Source of the DNA: Candidatus Aminicenantes bacterium
GTDB taxonomy: Bacteria > Acidobacteriota > Aminicenantia > Aminicenantales > Aminicenantaceae
Assembly (NCBI GenBank): GCA_011772475.1
Contig: WVZK01000044.1
Location: forward strand, 14,727 to 78,726
DNA length: 64,000 bases
Direction: 5' to 3'
In this document: piece after piece, positions 19,155-27,626 of the stretch
Position numbering within the stretch: position 1 is the stretch's first letter
Layout of the letters: every line of letters starts with the position of its first letter
Notes under the pieces: generated by a model
Databases searched by the model: none
The model's input: the letters and a program-made list of their open reading frames with translations, nothing else
What the model was told of the DNA's origin: nothing
Made by a program: the position numbers and the translations under genes

Positions 19155-20456
19155 ATGAAAGAAAAGTTGACTAATATATGGAGGAAATTAACCTGGTCTT
19201 GGTCTCCACGATCAGAACGGGAGGCGAGCGAATCTGTCATCAAAAATTTCTGGTTACACTGGTTCCCATCGCGGATATCTCTCCGGAGTTTAGGCTGGAG
19301 TTATTCTCTTTGGTTGGGAACAATTGCTGCCTGCCTGTTTATCATCTTGGCAATCACTGGACTTTTGCTTCTTTATTTCTATATTCCTTCCGTCCGGAGC
19401 GCTTATTGGAGCATAAAGGACTTAGAAAATGTTGTTGTTTTTGGCTCGCTTCTCCGAGCTCAACATCGGTGGGCTGCTGAGTTAATGGTTGCAGTTGTTT
19501 TCATTCATCTGATGAGGGTCTTTTTTACTGCCTCATATCGTGACCAGAGAGTATGGAATTGGTATATTGGAATTGGTCTCTTGGTCATAACGCTTTTTCT
19601 TTCCTTTACCGGCTATATTCTTCCCTGGGATCAGCTCGCTTATTGGGCCTTGACTATAGGGATGAGTATTGCCAGCGAAATTCCTTTTCTTGGCAAGAGT
19701 ATCAGTTTTCTTTTGGCCGGAGGAAATGTATTAGGACAAAATAGCCTCCTCCGTTTTTTTGTTCTTCATAATTTTTTTCTTCCCGCTATGCTTCTCTTTC
19801 TGTTTGCTCTTCATATGTGGAGAATTAGAAAAGATGGAGGGCTAACTTCTATGGACAGGTTGATACGAGAAACGCAATTAAAAGAAACTCCTGTCAGTCC
19901 TACCAAGTCATATTCCTTGCTGGGGGTTACCGAAGGAACAACCATTCAGGTCACAACAACACAAGTGCTTGATGAAAGAAATTCCGTGAGGAGCTCTCCT
20001 CATTTACTCCGTAGAATTGCAGTTGTTTTTTTGATCACAACAATCTTCACTTTAGGACTTGCTCTTCTTTCTCCAGCACCATTGGAAGAGCCTGCTAACC
20101 CTTCTGTAACTCCAATTCCTGCCAAGGCTCCCTGGTATTTTCTCTGGCTTCAGGAATTGATTGCTATTACAACTATCAAAATCGGGAAGATAACAATAAG
20201 CGGTGGCCTGATCGGAGGAATTCTAGTTCCAGGCTTTCTTTTTCTTTTAGCTATTCTCTGGCCTTTTTTGGATAGAAGCCCCAAAGAAGCCATTGGAGTC
20301 TGGTTTCATAAAAAAAGAAGAATTCAAAACAGTGTTTTCATTTTAATCTGCGTGGTGATTATAGTTCTTATCATAATTGGCCTTTATTTAAGAGGACCAT
20401 ACTGGAAATTTTTCTGGCCATGGCAGCCTTGGCCTGAAATTCCGGCTCAATTCTAG
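19155..20456 (+). CDS. cytochrome b (fused b6 + subunit-IV-like, extended C-terminus)
   Basis: 433 aa and polytopic. RAQHRWAAELMVAVVFIHLMRVFF and FTGYILPWDQLAYWALTIG are cytochrome b/b6 signatures. Confidence 0.88.
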   Translation: MKEKLTNIWRKLTWSWSPRSEREASESVIKNFWLHWFPSRISLRSLGWSYSLWLGTIAACLFIILAITGLLLLYFYIPSVRSAYWSIKDLENVVVFGSLLRAQHRWAAELMVAVVFIHLMRVFFTASYRDQRVWNWYIGIGLLVITLFLSFTGYILPWDQLAYWALTIGMSIASEIPFLGKSISFLLAGGNVLGQNSLLRFFVLHNFFLPAMLLFLFALHMWRIRKDGGLTSMDRLIRETQLKETPVSPTKSYSLLGVTEGTTIQVTTTQVLDERNSVRSSPHLLRRIAVVFLITTIFTLGLALLSPAPLEEPANPSVTPIPAKAPWYFLWLQELIAITTIKIGKITISGGLIGGILVPGFLFLLAILWPFLDRSPKEAIGVWFHKKRRIQNSVFILICVVIIVLIIIGLYLRGPYWKFFWPWQPWPEIPAQF

Positions 20457-20468
20457 GAGATCAAAGTT

Positions 20469-21689
20469 TTGAACAATAAAAAGAATTTCAATCCTGACAA
20501 AGATTTTTACTGGCTGGCTTTCTTTTCTTTCCTTCTATTCGTAGTGGTGATCATAGCTTTCTACAGGGAGGCAAATCCTGAATGGAAGAAATATCAGCGA
20601 GAATTCAAAAATTATCTCGAAGAAAACATAAGCCCAGAGTCAGCTTCTGCCTTTGAGTTTTCTGTAAAACAGCTCTGGCTTCCGGAGCTTAATAAGGTCG
20701 ATCGCTGCATCAGTTGTCATTTAGGATATGACCAACCTAATCTGACTGAAGCGCCGGAGCCTTATGCAGCCCACCCTGATATTTTGCCTCATTCTGTGTT
20801 GAAAATGGGATGCACTATTTGTCATGGAGGACAGGGTTTTGCACTCAAGAAAAAAGATGCTCATGGAGAAGTAGAACACTGGGAAGAGCCTATGTTGGGA
20901 GCGAAGCTGGCCAAAAAATATGGTTTTGAGTCTGAGAAAATATTGATGCAGATGAATTGTAACACTTGTCATCGCCGTGATGAGGATTTGACTGGAATGG
21001 AAATGATAAATCTTGGCAAGAACCTCTTGACTCAGAAGAAAAAATGTCAAACCTGCCATATCATAGATGGAAAAGGTGGAAAATTGGCAGCTGACCTAAC
21101 ATTTATCGGAGATAAACCGGCGGAGAGATTCGATTTTTCTCAAATTAAAGATAAACTTATCGAAAGCGAAAGACCTCTCTCCGTGTTGAGCTGGCATTTT
21201 GAACACTTTATGAATCCCAAGGCTGTTGTCCCTGATAGTAAAATGCCCTATGTCAAATATACAGAAGAGGAGGCATGGGCTTTAGCAATGTTAATGATGA
21301 GCTGGAGAAGTGTCAGCCTGCCCGTTATGCTCATACCCGAAGAAAAAAGGGAGGAAGTGCCACCTCCTGAAAAAAAGCTCGAGAAAAGGAAACTATCCAT
21401 TGTTGAATGGGGAAAAGAGCTCTTTGAAAGTAAGGGCTGTTCTGAGTGTCATACTATTGGAGGGGGAGTAGAGGTTGGTCCTGATCTAATAGGTATAACG
21501 AAATTGAGAGACATACAATGGTTGAGAAAAATGATTCTTGACCCTGAGAAAATGGAACAAACTGATCCACTAGCCAAAAAATTGTATCAAGAATATGAAG
21601 AAACTGGAATGCCTACAGAAGAATTAACCCTGCAAGAAGTCGAAGCGATCATTAAATATATTGAGTCCTTTAATAAGGAAAGTAATTAG
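20469..21689 (+). CDS. membrane-anchored pentaheme cytochrome c of the Rieske/cyt b complex
   Basis: 406 aa, TTG start 8 nt after AGGAGA, with an N-terminal TM helix. Motifs are CISCH, CTICH, CNTCH, CQTCH, CSECH. The last class-I domain is clearly paralogous to the last domain of the 15126..16709 protein (KLRDIQWL / KIRDLQWL, EAIIKYIES / IAIIEYLKS). Confidence 0.8.
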   Translation: MNNKKNFNPDKDFYWLAFFSFLLFVVVIIAFYREANPEWKKYQREFKNYLEENISPESASAFEFSVKQLWLPELNKVDRCISCHLGYDQPNLTEAPEPYAAHPDILPHSVLKMGCTICHGGQGFALKKKDAHGEVEHWEEPMLGAKLAKKYGFESEKILMQMNCNTCHRRDEDLTGMEMINLGKNLLTQKKKCQTCHIIDGKGGKLAADLTFIGDKPAERFDFSQIKDKLIESERPLSVLSWHFEHFMNPKAVVPDSKMPYVKYTEEEAWALAMLMMSWRSVSLPVMLIPEEKREEVPPPEKKLEKRKLSIVEWGKELFESKGCSECHTIGGGVEVGPDLIGITKLRDIQWLRKMILDPEKMEQTDPLAKKLYQEYEETGMPTEELTLQEVEAIIKYIESFNKESN

Positions 21690-21816
21690 AAACAAAAAAT
21701 ATACTTTTTACTCATTACTATTCTTTTGGTGACATTTAAGTAATTCCATATCGAAATACTGCGGCAGTTAACCAGTAAAATCACAGGATAAACTAAATTC
21801 AATTCCCCTAATTTCG

Positions 21817-21845
21817 TTGACAGAAAAAAGTTAATCCTATAATAT
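21817..21845 (+). promoter_or_regulatory. sigma-70-type promoter for the cytochrome-porin fusion gene
   Basis: TTGACA (21817-21822) is followed by TATAATAT (21838-21845). That gives a -10 at either 15- or 17-nt spacing. Confidence 0.5.
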
Positions 21846-21889
21846 AGTATTTCTATATTTATAGTATATAAATCACAGAAGGATTTAAA

Positions 21890-23116
21890 ATGAAAAGAAA
21901 ATTTATATTCTCAATTCTTTTTCTAGGAATTTGCGTTATAGCATCCGCTCAAGGCGATTCTTATCAAGGAGAGAGGCTATACCAACTTAAGTGTGGACGC
22001 TGCCATTTTGCCTATTCCCCTAGTAAGTATTCTGCTGAGGAATGGAAGACAATCATCAGCGAAATGGGCCCGCTTTCTGGATTAAACAAAGAGACCGAAG
22101 AAGTCATCTTGGATTACCTTCGACAGGAAGCTTCAAAAAAGGAAAGAGAGGCTCTGCCATCGAGTCCTGTCTTGGCTGGCTATGTTTACACTGAATTATT
22201 TTCATCTAAAGATATAACAGATACTTTTGACATCCACTATTTGAACATCAATCTAACGGGCCGAGTCCATGAAAGAATATCCTATCGCGCAGAATTTGAG
22301 TTTGAGCACGGAGGAGGGAAAGATGATCCCCCATTTATTGAACAGGCTTATATTGATGTATGGTTTTTGAAAAATGTAGGTTTAAGAATAGGGGCCATGT
22401 TGACTCCCTTCAATCGCTTTGATGAATTCCATGGTCCCTTAGAGAATCTTCTCGTCACCCGTCCCCAAGTGTCGAGGGAAATTGGAGTCAGTGCTTGGAA
22501 GGAAGTCGGTGTCAACCTTCATGGTAATCTCTTTATTAATAAAGATTTATACCTCAATTACGATGCTTATGTGATAAATGGGCTTGGCAGTGGAAGCCGA
22601 TTGAGAGGAAGTCGTCAATATCGAGACAATAACGATGCCAAAAGCTTTGGGGTTCGTTTAAGCGGAGTTTATTTAGATAGATGGGAAGTGGGTGCCTCAT
22701 ACTATAGGGGTGCCTGGGACGATGCAGGTGATTTCGATTTAAGCATTTATGGCTTTCATCTCATGGGAAAAATCGGTGAATTAAATCTTTTTGCTGAGTA
22801 TTCACGTTCCCTTTCTGAAAATCCAGATCCCTTTGAAGAGGGAAAAGCTGATGGGTATTTTATCCAAGCCTCTTACTTGATCAATGATAAATTCAGACCT
22901 ACGATCAGGTATGGAACTCTGGATTATTTGGACGGGGGAGGGCTCTTGGGTCGTAGCCCAACGGATTTCGATACCAGAGTCTTGGCCTTAGGATTCAATT
23001 ATTACCTCACTCGGGCCATTGTCTTTAAGATTGAATACGACATCGTTCAAGAGGGAGAAAGAAAAGAAGAGAAAGATAATAATCTTCTCGCCTTGCAAGC
23101 TGCAGTCAGGTTCTAA
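21890..23116 (+). CDS. outer-membrane porin-like beta-barrel (porin O/P-like) with an N-terminal monoheme cytochrome c domain
   Basis: 408 aa. Signal peptide MKRKFIFSILFLGICVIASAQ. Heme domain is GERLYQLKCGRCHFAY...EEWKTIISEMGPLSGL...EVILDYLRQ. The remainder has alternating amphipathic strands and ends in an aromatic residue (LALQAAVRF). Confidence 0.65.
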   Translation: MKRKFIFSILFLGICVIASAQGDSYQGERLYQLKCGRCHFAYSPSKYSAEEWKTIISEMGPLSGLNKETEEVILDYLRQEASKKEREALPSSPVLAGYVYTELFSSKDITDTFDIHYLNINLTGRVHERISYRAEFEFEHGGGKDDPPFIEQAYIDVWFLKNVGLRIGAMLTPFNRFDEFHGPLENLLVTRPQVSREIGVSAWKEVGVNLHGNLFINKDLYLNYDAYVINGLGSGSRLRGSRQYRDNNDAKSFGVRLSGVYLDRWEVGASYYRGAWDDAGDFDLSIYGFHLMGKIGELNLFAEYSRSLSENPDPFEEGKADGYFIQASYLINDKFRPTIRYGTLDYLDGGGLLGRSPTDFDTRVLALGFNYYLTRAIVFKIEYDIVQEGERKEEKDNNLLALQAAVRF

Positions 23117-23186
23117 CGGAACGTCTCAGCTATGGTGCAGTTAGAGGTGCCTAATTCTATTCCCTCTCCAAAAAGAAAAGAGATCA

Positions 23187-23618
23187 TTAGGATATTGATG
23201 AGAGAGCGGTTGCTATTCCTGTAAGCAATAGAATCGCGATCCCTAGAATAAATCCTATAGTAGCGAGATTGATCTGCATCTTTTGAAGTCGTGCCACCTC
23301 TGGTGATAGACCTTGTGCAGCAAGTCGTGAAACTTTGGGAGCTAGGATTTCCAAGGCGTATACAGCAAGAATGACTAACGGTACAGTGAAAATATGCTTA
23401 ATTAAAGTAACAAGAGTCCAAAGGTTGCCAAACCTAAAGACCCCTAAATAGCTCTTGTTGAGAAGGTTCATCACTATCCCTGTTACAGCGAGGAGCATCA
23501 TGCTGGCATAGACTAAGCTGCGAAACCTCTTCATGACTGAACCCATCAGTTTTCCCATAAACGCAGGCTCCAGCGTTTCCCTCATAGAGGGTAGGAGAAT
23601 TAATAAATTAGTGGCCAT
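23187..23618 (-). CDS. small polytopic membrane protein (CopD/DUF2269-like), possibly an N-terminally truncated remnant
   Basis: 143 aa, about 4 TM helices. The reading frame stays open upstream across a single TAG (23628-23630): ...APSIATVV*IGAMATNLLIL. Confidence 0.4.
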   Translation of the reverse strand: MATNLLILLPSMRETLEPAFMGKLMGSVMKRFRSLVYASMMLLAVTGIVMNLLNKSYLGVFRFGNLWTLVTLIKHIFTVPLVILAVYALEILAPKVSRLAAQGLSPEVARLQKMQINLATIGFILGIAILLLTGIATALSSIS

Positions 23619-23748
23619 GGCGCCAATCTAGACTACGGTTGCTATAGATGGAGCGTATTCATTAAAGAAAGCAAAATTAATAAAAGCGTCGGTGACGTTT
23701 GATCACCTTATGTTTTTTGGAATTAAAATTTCTTTTTTCGTTCAAGTC

Positions 23749-24633
23749 TTATTTTGCCCATTGTAATTTAGCTAAAGCGGCTGGGGTATGAACTAAATGG
23801 CATTTGAAACAACTCTCCATCCCTATGTTCATGAATAGTTTCTCCACAGCACTCTTATTAACGGAAGAACTGCTAATAGTCCTTCCCAACTCATCTATCA
23901 TAGCTTTAACGCTCTCATCAATATAATACTTCCTCTCCTCGGCACCATGACATTCTTCACATGTCTCCTCCATTGCCTGAAACCTCGCTTTGAATCCTTG
24001 AAGCTGTTTCTGAGCTTTCTCACTCTGGCCTTGCTCAACATCGACAATGATTCCTATGAAGCTTGTATTCAGATACTGCATGAGTTGGGTGAAGTTTACT
24101 TTCTCATCAGTTAAAGGGTCCTTGGTCATGATTCCACGGAAATCTCGCCAGTGATATTTTTGTTGAACTTTGACCATATTCACTTCATGACATTCATGAC
24201 AGACTTTGCCCACTTTCTCATAAGCTGTCATCACTTTATCCTGGCCTCCATTCTCTAGTGCTTTTTCGAGCTCTTCGAGCGGCGCTATGGGAAAATCCTT
24301 CTCCCATTCAGGAACTAATTGTGAGACTTCTGAATACTGGACTTTGAATTTGTCAAAGTTAGCTTTGACATTTTGAGGTTCATTCTCAAACAAGTCGACC
24401 ATAATGCCAACAAAGGGAGTCGCCATTCCCAACATTCTGAACAAATACACGGGTTGTTCTGTCTTTGGAGGATACAGAAGGTCAAGTGAGCTAGGAGGTG
24501 GAGTAGCCATTTCCGGAGGAGCTTTTTTTCCCAGTTGGGGGGTTTCAATTTTTTGAGTTTTCGGGATTGTGTTAGCGAGAATAAAAACCAGGATGAATAG
24601 AAAGATTATCACCAGAAAAACTAATTTTTTCAT
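23749..24633 (-). CDS. secreted triheme cytochrome c (three helical modules, each ending in CXXCH; class-II-like)
   Basis: The likely start is ATG 24633 (MKKLVFLVIIF...) after GAGAGG; the listed ORF extends to 24660. Motifs are CHECH, CEECH and CFKCH, each near the end of a roughly 90-aa segment. Confidence 0.6.
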   Translation of the reverse strand: MKKLVFLVIIFLFILVFILANTIPKTQKIETPQLGKKAPPEMATPPPSSLDLLYPPKTEQPVYLFRMLGMATPFVGIMVDLFENEPQNVKANFDKFKVQYSEVSQLVPEWEKDFPIAPLEELEKALENGGQDKVMTAYEKVGKVCHECHEVNMVKVQQKYHWRDFRGIMTKDPLTDEKVNFTQLMQYLNTSFIGIIVDVEQGQSEKAQKQLQGFKARFQAMEETCEECHGAEERKYYIDESVKAMIDELGRTISSSSVNKSAVEKLFMNIGMESCFKCHLVHTPAALAKLQWAK

Positions 24634-24903
24634 ATTAAACCTCTCTTTTAAATATGGCAAATATTTTTTTCAATTTGGACGAATATGAGAAATATTTTGC
24701 ATTAGTATCCCTTCACTTAATCATTATTTTAAAATGTGAATTTCACGTTTTAGTTTTTTTATTTAATTGTTCCTATAAAATTTATATTAATAATTGAGTA
24801 TATCATAATAGTAATATTTAAAGTCAAGAAAAAATTAGGTGCTTAAGAGAGTTCATTAAAAATAGATCTTTAGCCTTTTGAAATGATAAGATGAGGTTTA
24901 GCC

Positions 24904-26070
24904 CTACAAAATGGATTCTTTAAGACCAAGGAATATTCGTCTTTGAGCTTCGATATATCGGTAATAATAAACGGCAAAAAATACACATAGAAAAGTTAAA
25001 ATTATTGAAAACCAGATCTGTTGGATACCGAACCTGAGCCATACGTAGCTTAAGATAAGAAGAAGGCCTGTTACTAAATGTCCCATTACAGTAAAGGCAT
25101 TGGCGGGAGCAAGATCAAAAGATTTTTCATGGAATGCTTGAGAAATCTTTATAGCTTTAAGAAAGAAGGGGGAAGATGCGATTGCAGTTAAAGTTATTAA
25201 AGGTAGGATTGAGAGCATGATTCTGATGATAATAGCAAGATAGGTCATGGCGATGAGAGCAATGAATCCAAAAAAAGCCTTTTTTCTTCCCAAGCGAACA
25301 ACAAGTGTTTTTTTCCCGACTGCCCTATCAGCTTGATAATCAGGAAATTCGTTGATATAAAGCACTGCTGTGATGAGAAAAGCAATTGGGAGGCTGACAA
25401 TTATAGGTTCTGCAGCAATTCTCTGAGTTTGGACGTAGAAAGCGCCGAGAGTCATTAAGACTCCATAGTTGAGACCCACTAAAAATTCTCCAAATCCTCT
25501 GCTTGCCCAATTCAAAGAAGGCCAACTGTAAAATAATCCGGAGATAAAACCGATGAATCCTAGAAGAAGTATGAACATTCCTCTTTCGATAGCAAGATAA
25601 AGTCCAATCAAACCTCCAAATAAAAAGAAAAGCAATCCACCTACTAAAACCTCTGAGGGCGTTAATAGGCCGAGCTGAATCAGCCTGCTTCCGCCGCTGA
25701 AGGGTCTGACAAATTCCCGGTTTATCTCGTCCTTTCCACTTTTATGATCAAAATAGTCATTTAAGACGTTCGTTCCTGCATGGAGCAATAAACCCCCTAA
25801 AAGAGTGAGCAGAAAATATCCCAAATGGAAAATTCCAGTCTTAACCCAAGCTATCACGGTACCTAAAAAAATTGAAATGCCAGAAGCAGTAAAAAAAGGT
25901 GCTCTGAGCTCTTTTATCCAGCTTTTTACCTTTCTGATGATAAGGCTAATATCTTTCATCGCTTCCTTATTTTCAGGGAATTCAATCACAGTAGGAGAGA
26001 CACCCTGAACAATCTCTTCGAAGATTCTAAGCTTAACTGTTTGAGGTATAATCTTGATACAGTCAAGCAT
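24904..26070 (-). CDS. UbiA-family prenyltransferase, MenA-like (1,4-dihydroxy-2-naphthoate polyprenyltransferase)
   Basis: 388 aa as listed. NVLNDYFDHKSGKDEIN and YINEFPDYQADRAVGKKT are the two Asp-rich UbiA/MenA motifs, with about 8 TM helices. The first ~35 residues belong to an upstream soluble domain (see the pseudogene entry). Confidence 0.8.
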   Translation of the reverse strand: MLDCIKIIPQTVKLRIFEEIVQGVSPTVIEFPENKEAMKDISLIIRKVKSWIKELRAPFFTASGISIFLGTVIAWVKTGIFHLGYFLLTLLGGLLLHAGTNVLNDYFDHKSGKDEINREFVRPFSGGSRLIQLGLLTPSEVLVGGLLFFLFGGLIGLYLAIERGMFILLLGFIGFISGLFYSWPSLNWASRGFGEFLVGLNYGVLMTLGAFYVQTQRIAAEPIIVSLPIAFLITAVLYINEFPDYQADRAVGKKTLVVRLGRKKAFFGFIALIAMTYLAIIIRIMLSILPLITLTAIASSPFFLKAIKISQAFHEKSFDLAPANAFTVMGHLVTGLLLILSYVWLRFGIQQIWFSIILTFLCVFFAVYYYRYIEAQRRIFLGLKESIL

Positions 26071-26436
26071 TGATTCGTTTTGAGTATCCCTTAGATAAGC
26101 TACAACAGGAGATCTCTTAGCAATAGCCTCTAAAGCTTTAGCTCGATTCTTTTCTTCCTAAAGAATCAAAGCTTTCCCGATAAGTTCGACTTCCTTTGAT
26201 TTATTTATATCCTCTTTGCCCTTATAGGCTAGCAAAGTGATTGAAGAGTTATTGGCGAGCTGAATTATCTTGGGATCTCCTTTCATACTGGCCTAATAAA
26301 TATTAAATTCATCGTCTAGGGCAAAATGCATCATTCGAATTCTGATGTGGTCTCCTCCTGAAGTGGCTATTCCTGCAACTTCTAAATCATTGAGAATTGA
26401 AAGAATCTCTTGTTTTGTGTGTTTTGGCCCTGTCAT
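26071..26436 (-). pseudogene. PNPOx/general-stress-protein-26-like FMN-binding-fold domain, in frame with menA-like but interrupted by two TAG codons
   Basis: Codon-by-codon translation from ATG 26436 gives MTGPKHTKQEILSILNDLEVAGIATSGGDHIRIRMMHFALDDEFNIY*ASMKGDPKIIQLANNSSITLLAYKGKEDINKSKEVELIGKALIL*EEKNRAKALEAIAKRSPVVAYLRDTQNES, then MLDCIKIIPQTVKLRIFEEIV... (the MenA ORF). The stops are TAG at 26295-26293 and 26160-26158. Confidence 0.55.
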
Positions 26437-26445
26437 CTTTTGATT

Positions 26446-27594
26446 TTATTTCGACATCATTTTTACATCTTCAGCCATTATAACTCTCATCTCTGTAGGC
26501 CTCAGAATTGCAGTCCTGTAGAGATAGTCTACCCGAGCGGTTATCGTAATTTTCTTATTTCTGGGTTTGGCAAAAGCGAACCTCTCCATCCTTGTTTCTC
26601 TGGGTTTTATCCGGTTATCGAAAGAGATTTTTGCCGCTTGGAGGAAGACGGTGCCTTCTTTTTTGATCTCCTTCCCAGACTCATCTTGCATAATTTTTTG
26701 GTAGATTCGCTGTTGAGAAAAATATTCATTAGGAGTTCTTAATTCGACTAAAAGAATCAATTTTCTTGCTGGAATGCCAGTGGGAACGAAATGCCCAGAT
26801 CCCGAGTTCGTCACTCCTACCACAACCTCAATCACATCTTCTTCCAGGTGAATATTTTTGATTTCCACTTTGACGGCTTTTTGCAATTGTTCAGTCGAAT
26901 GACTAGCTGATATGGCGTGCAAGTTTATTCTCTTCTGTTTTATAGCTTTGATTTCAGGTTTTACGATTTTTCCTATGATCAGTGGCATATGGCAATTCTG
27001 GCAGTGAGTTCCTTCTTCTGCGTAGGGACTTTCCTTCCATTCAGAATAGGTGCCTAATATTTTTACCCCTTTATCATTCGTATACTCATGACATCCTGCA
27101 CAAAGCTCTGAGGATTTAAAAAGAGAAGATGGCTCAGTTTTATGAGCTGGAGAGTCCACATTGGATAGTGGGCCTCTTTTTGTTTCTCCAATTTCGAGTT
27201 CAAAAGGATTGTCTCTATTGTCTAGATTCACTTTTTTTACAGAATGACAGAAATCGCAACTTACACCCTCCCTCGTAATTTCATTTTTTAAATCATAGTC
27301 GTTATTGATGAGGGATACAGGCGCATGACAGCGCATACAATTAAATTTCGCTTCACCCGCAGTGTTTAAATAGGACTCCATGTAGGCAGCTTTGAATATA
27401 GGGTCTTCAATAGACATGGAATGCATGGCATTTTTCCAATGATTGTGTATTTCTTCATGACATTCTTTGCAGCTTTCACTGGATGTGAACGTAGGAGCTT
27501 TTTGAAGAGCTGATTTAGACCCAACATGAGAATGCAGAAAAAAGAGAAAAATCCCCAAGATAAGAATTGACCATATTGTCATTTTTCTTGCCAT
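26446..27594 (-). CDS. secreted pentaheme cytochrome c (cytochrome c554-family-like N-terminus, beta-rich C-terminal domain)
   Basis: 382 aa with a signal/anchor. Motifs are CKECH, CMRCH, CDFCH, CAGCH, CQNCH. CKECHEEIHNHWKNAMH and GSGHFVPTG resemble multiheme c554-type proteins. Confidence 0.7.
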   Translation of the reverse strand: MARKMTIWSILILGIFLFFLHSHVGSKSALQKAPTFTSSESCKECHEEIHNHWKNAMHSMSIEDPIFKAAYMESYLNTAGEAKFNCMRCHAPVSLINNDYDLKNEITREGVSCDFCHSVKKVNLDNRDNPFELEIGETKRGPLSNVDSPAHKTEPSSLFKSSELCAGCHEYTNDKGVKILGTYSEWKESPYAEEGTHCQNCHMPLIIGKIVKPEIKAIKQKRINLHAISASHSTEQLQKAVKVEIKNIHLEEDVIEVVVGVTNSGSGHFVPTGIPARKLILLVELRTPNEYFSQQRIYQKIMQDESGKEIKKEGTVFLQAAKISFDNRIKPRETRMERFAFAKPRNKKITITARVDYLYRTAILRPTEMRVIMAEDVKMMSK

Positions 27595-27626
27595 TTTCTC
27601 CTCCTTAAATTTTATGAGTCCAGCAG

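Noticed and set aside
24680-24700. Fourth sigma-54 promoter upstream of the triheme cytochrome gene (minus strand GGGATACTAATGCA)
   Set aside because: The GG-to-GC spacing is 9 rather than 10 nt, and the -24 element is poor.
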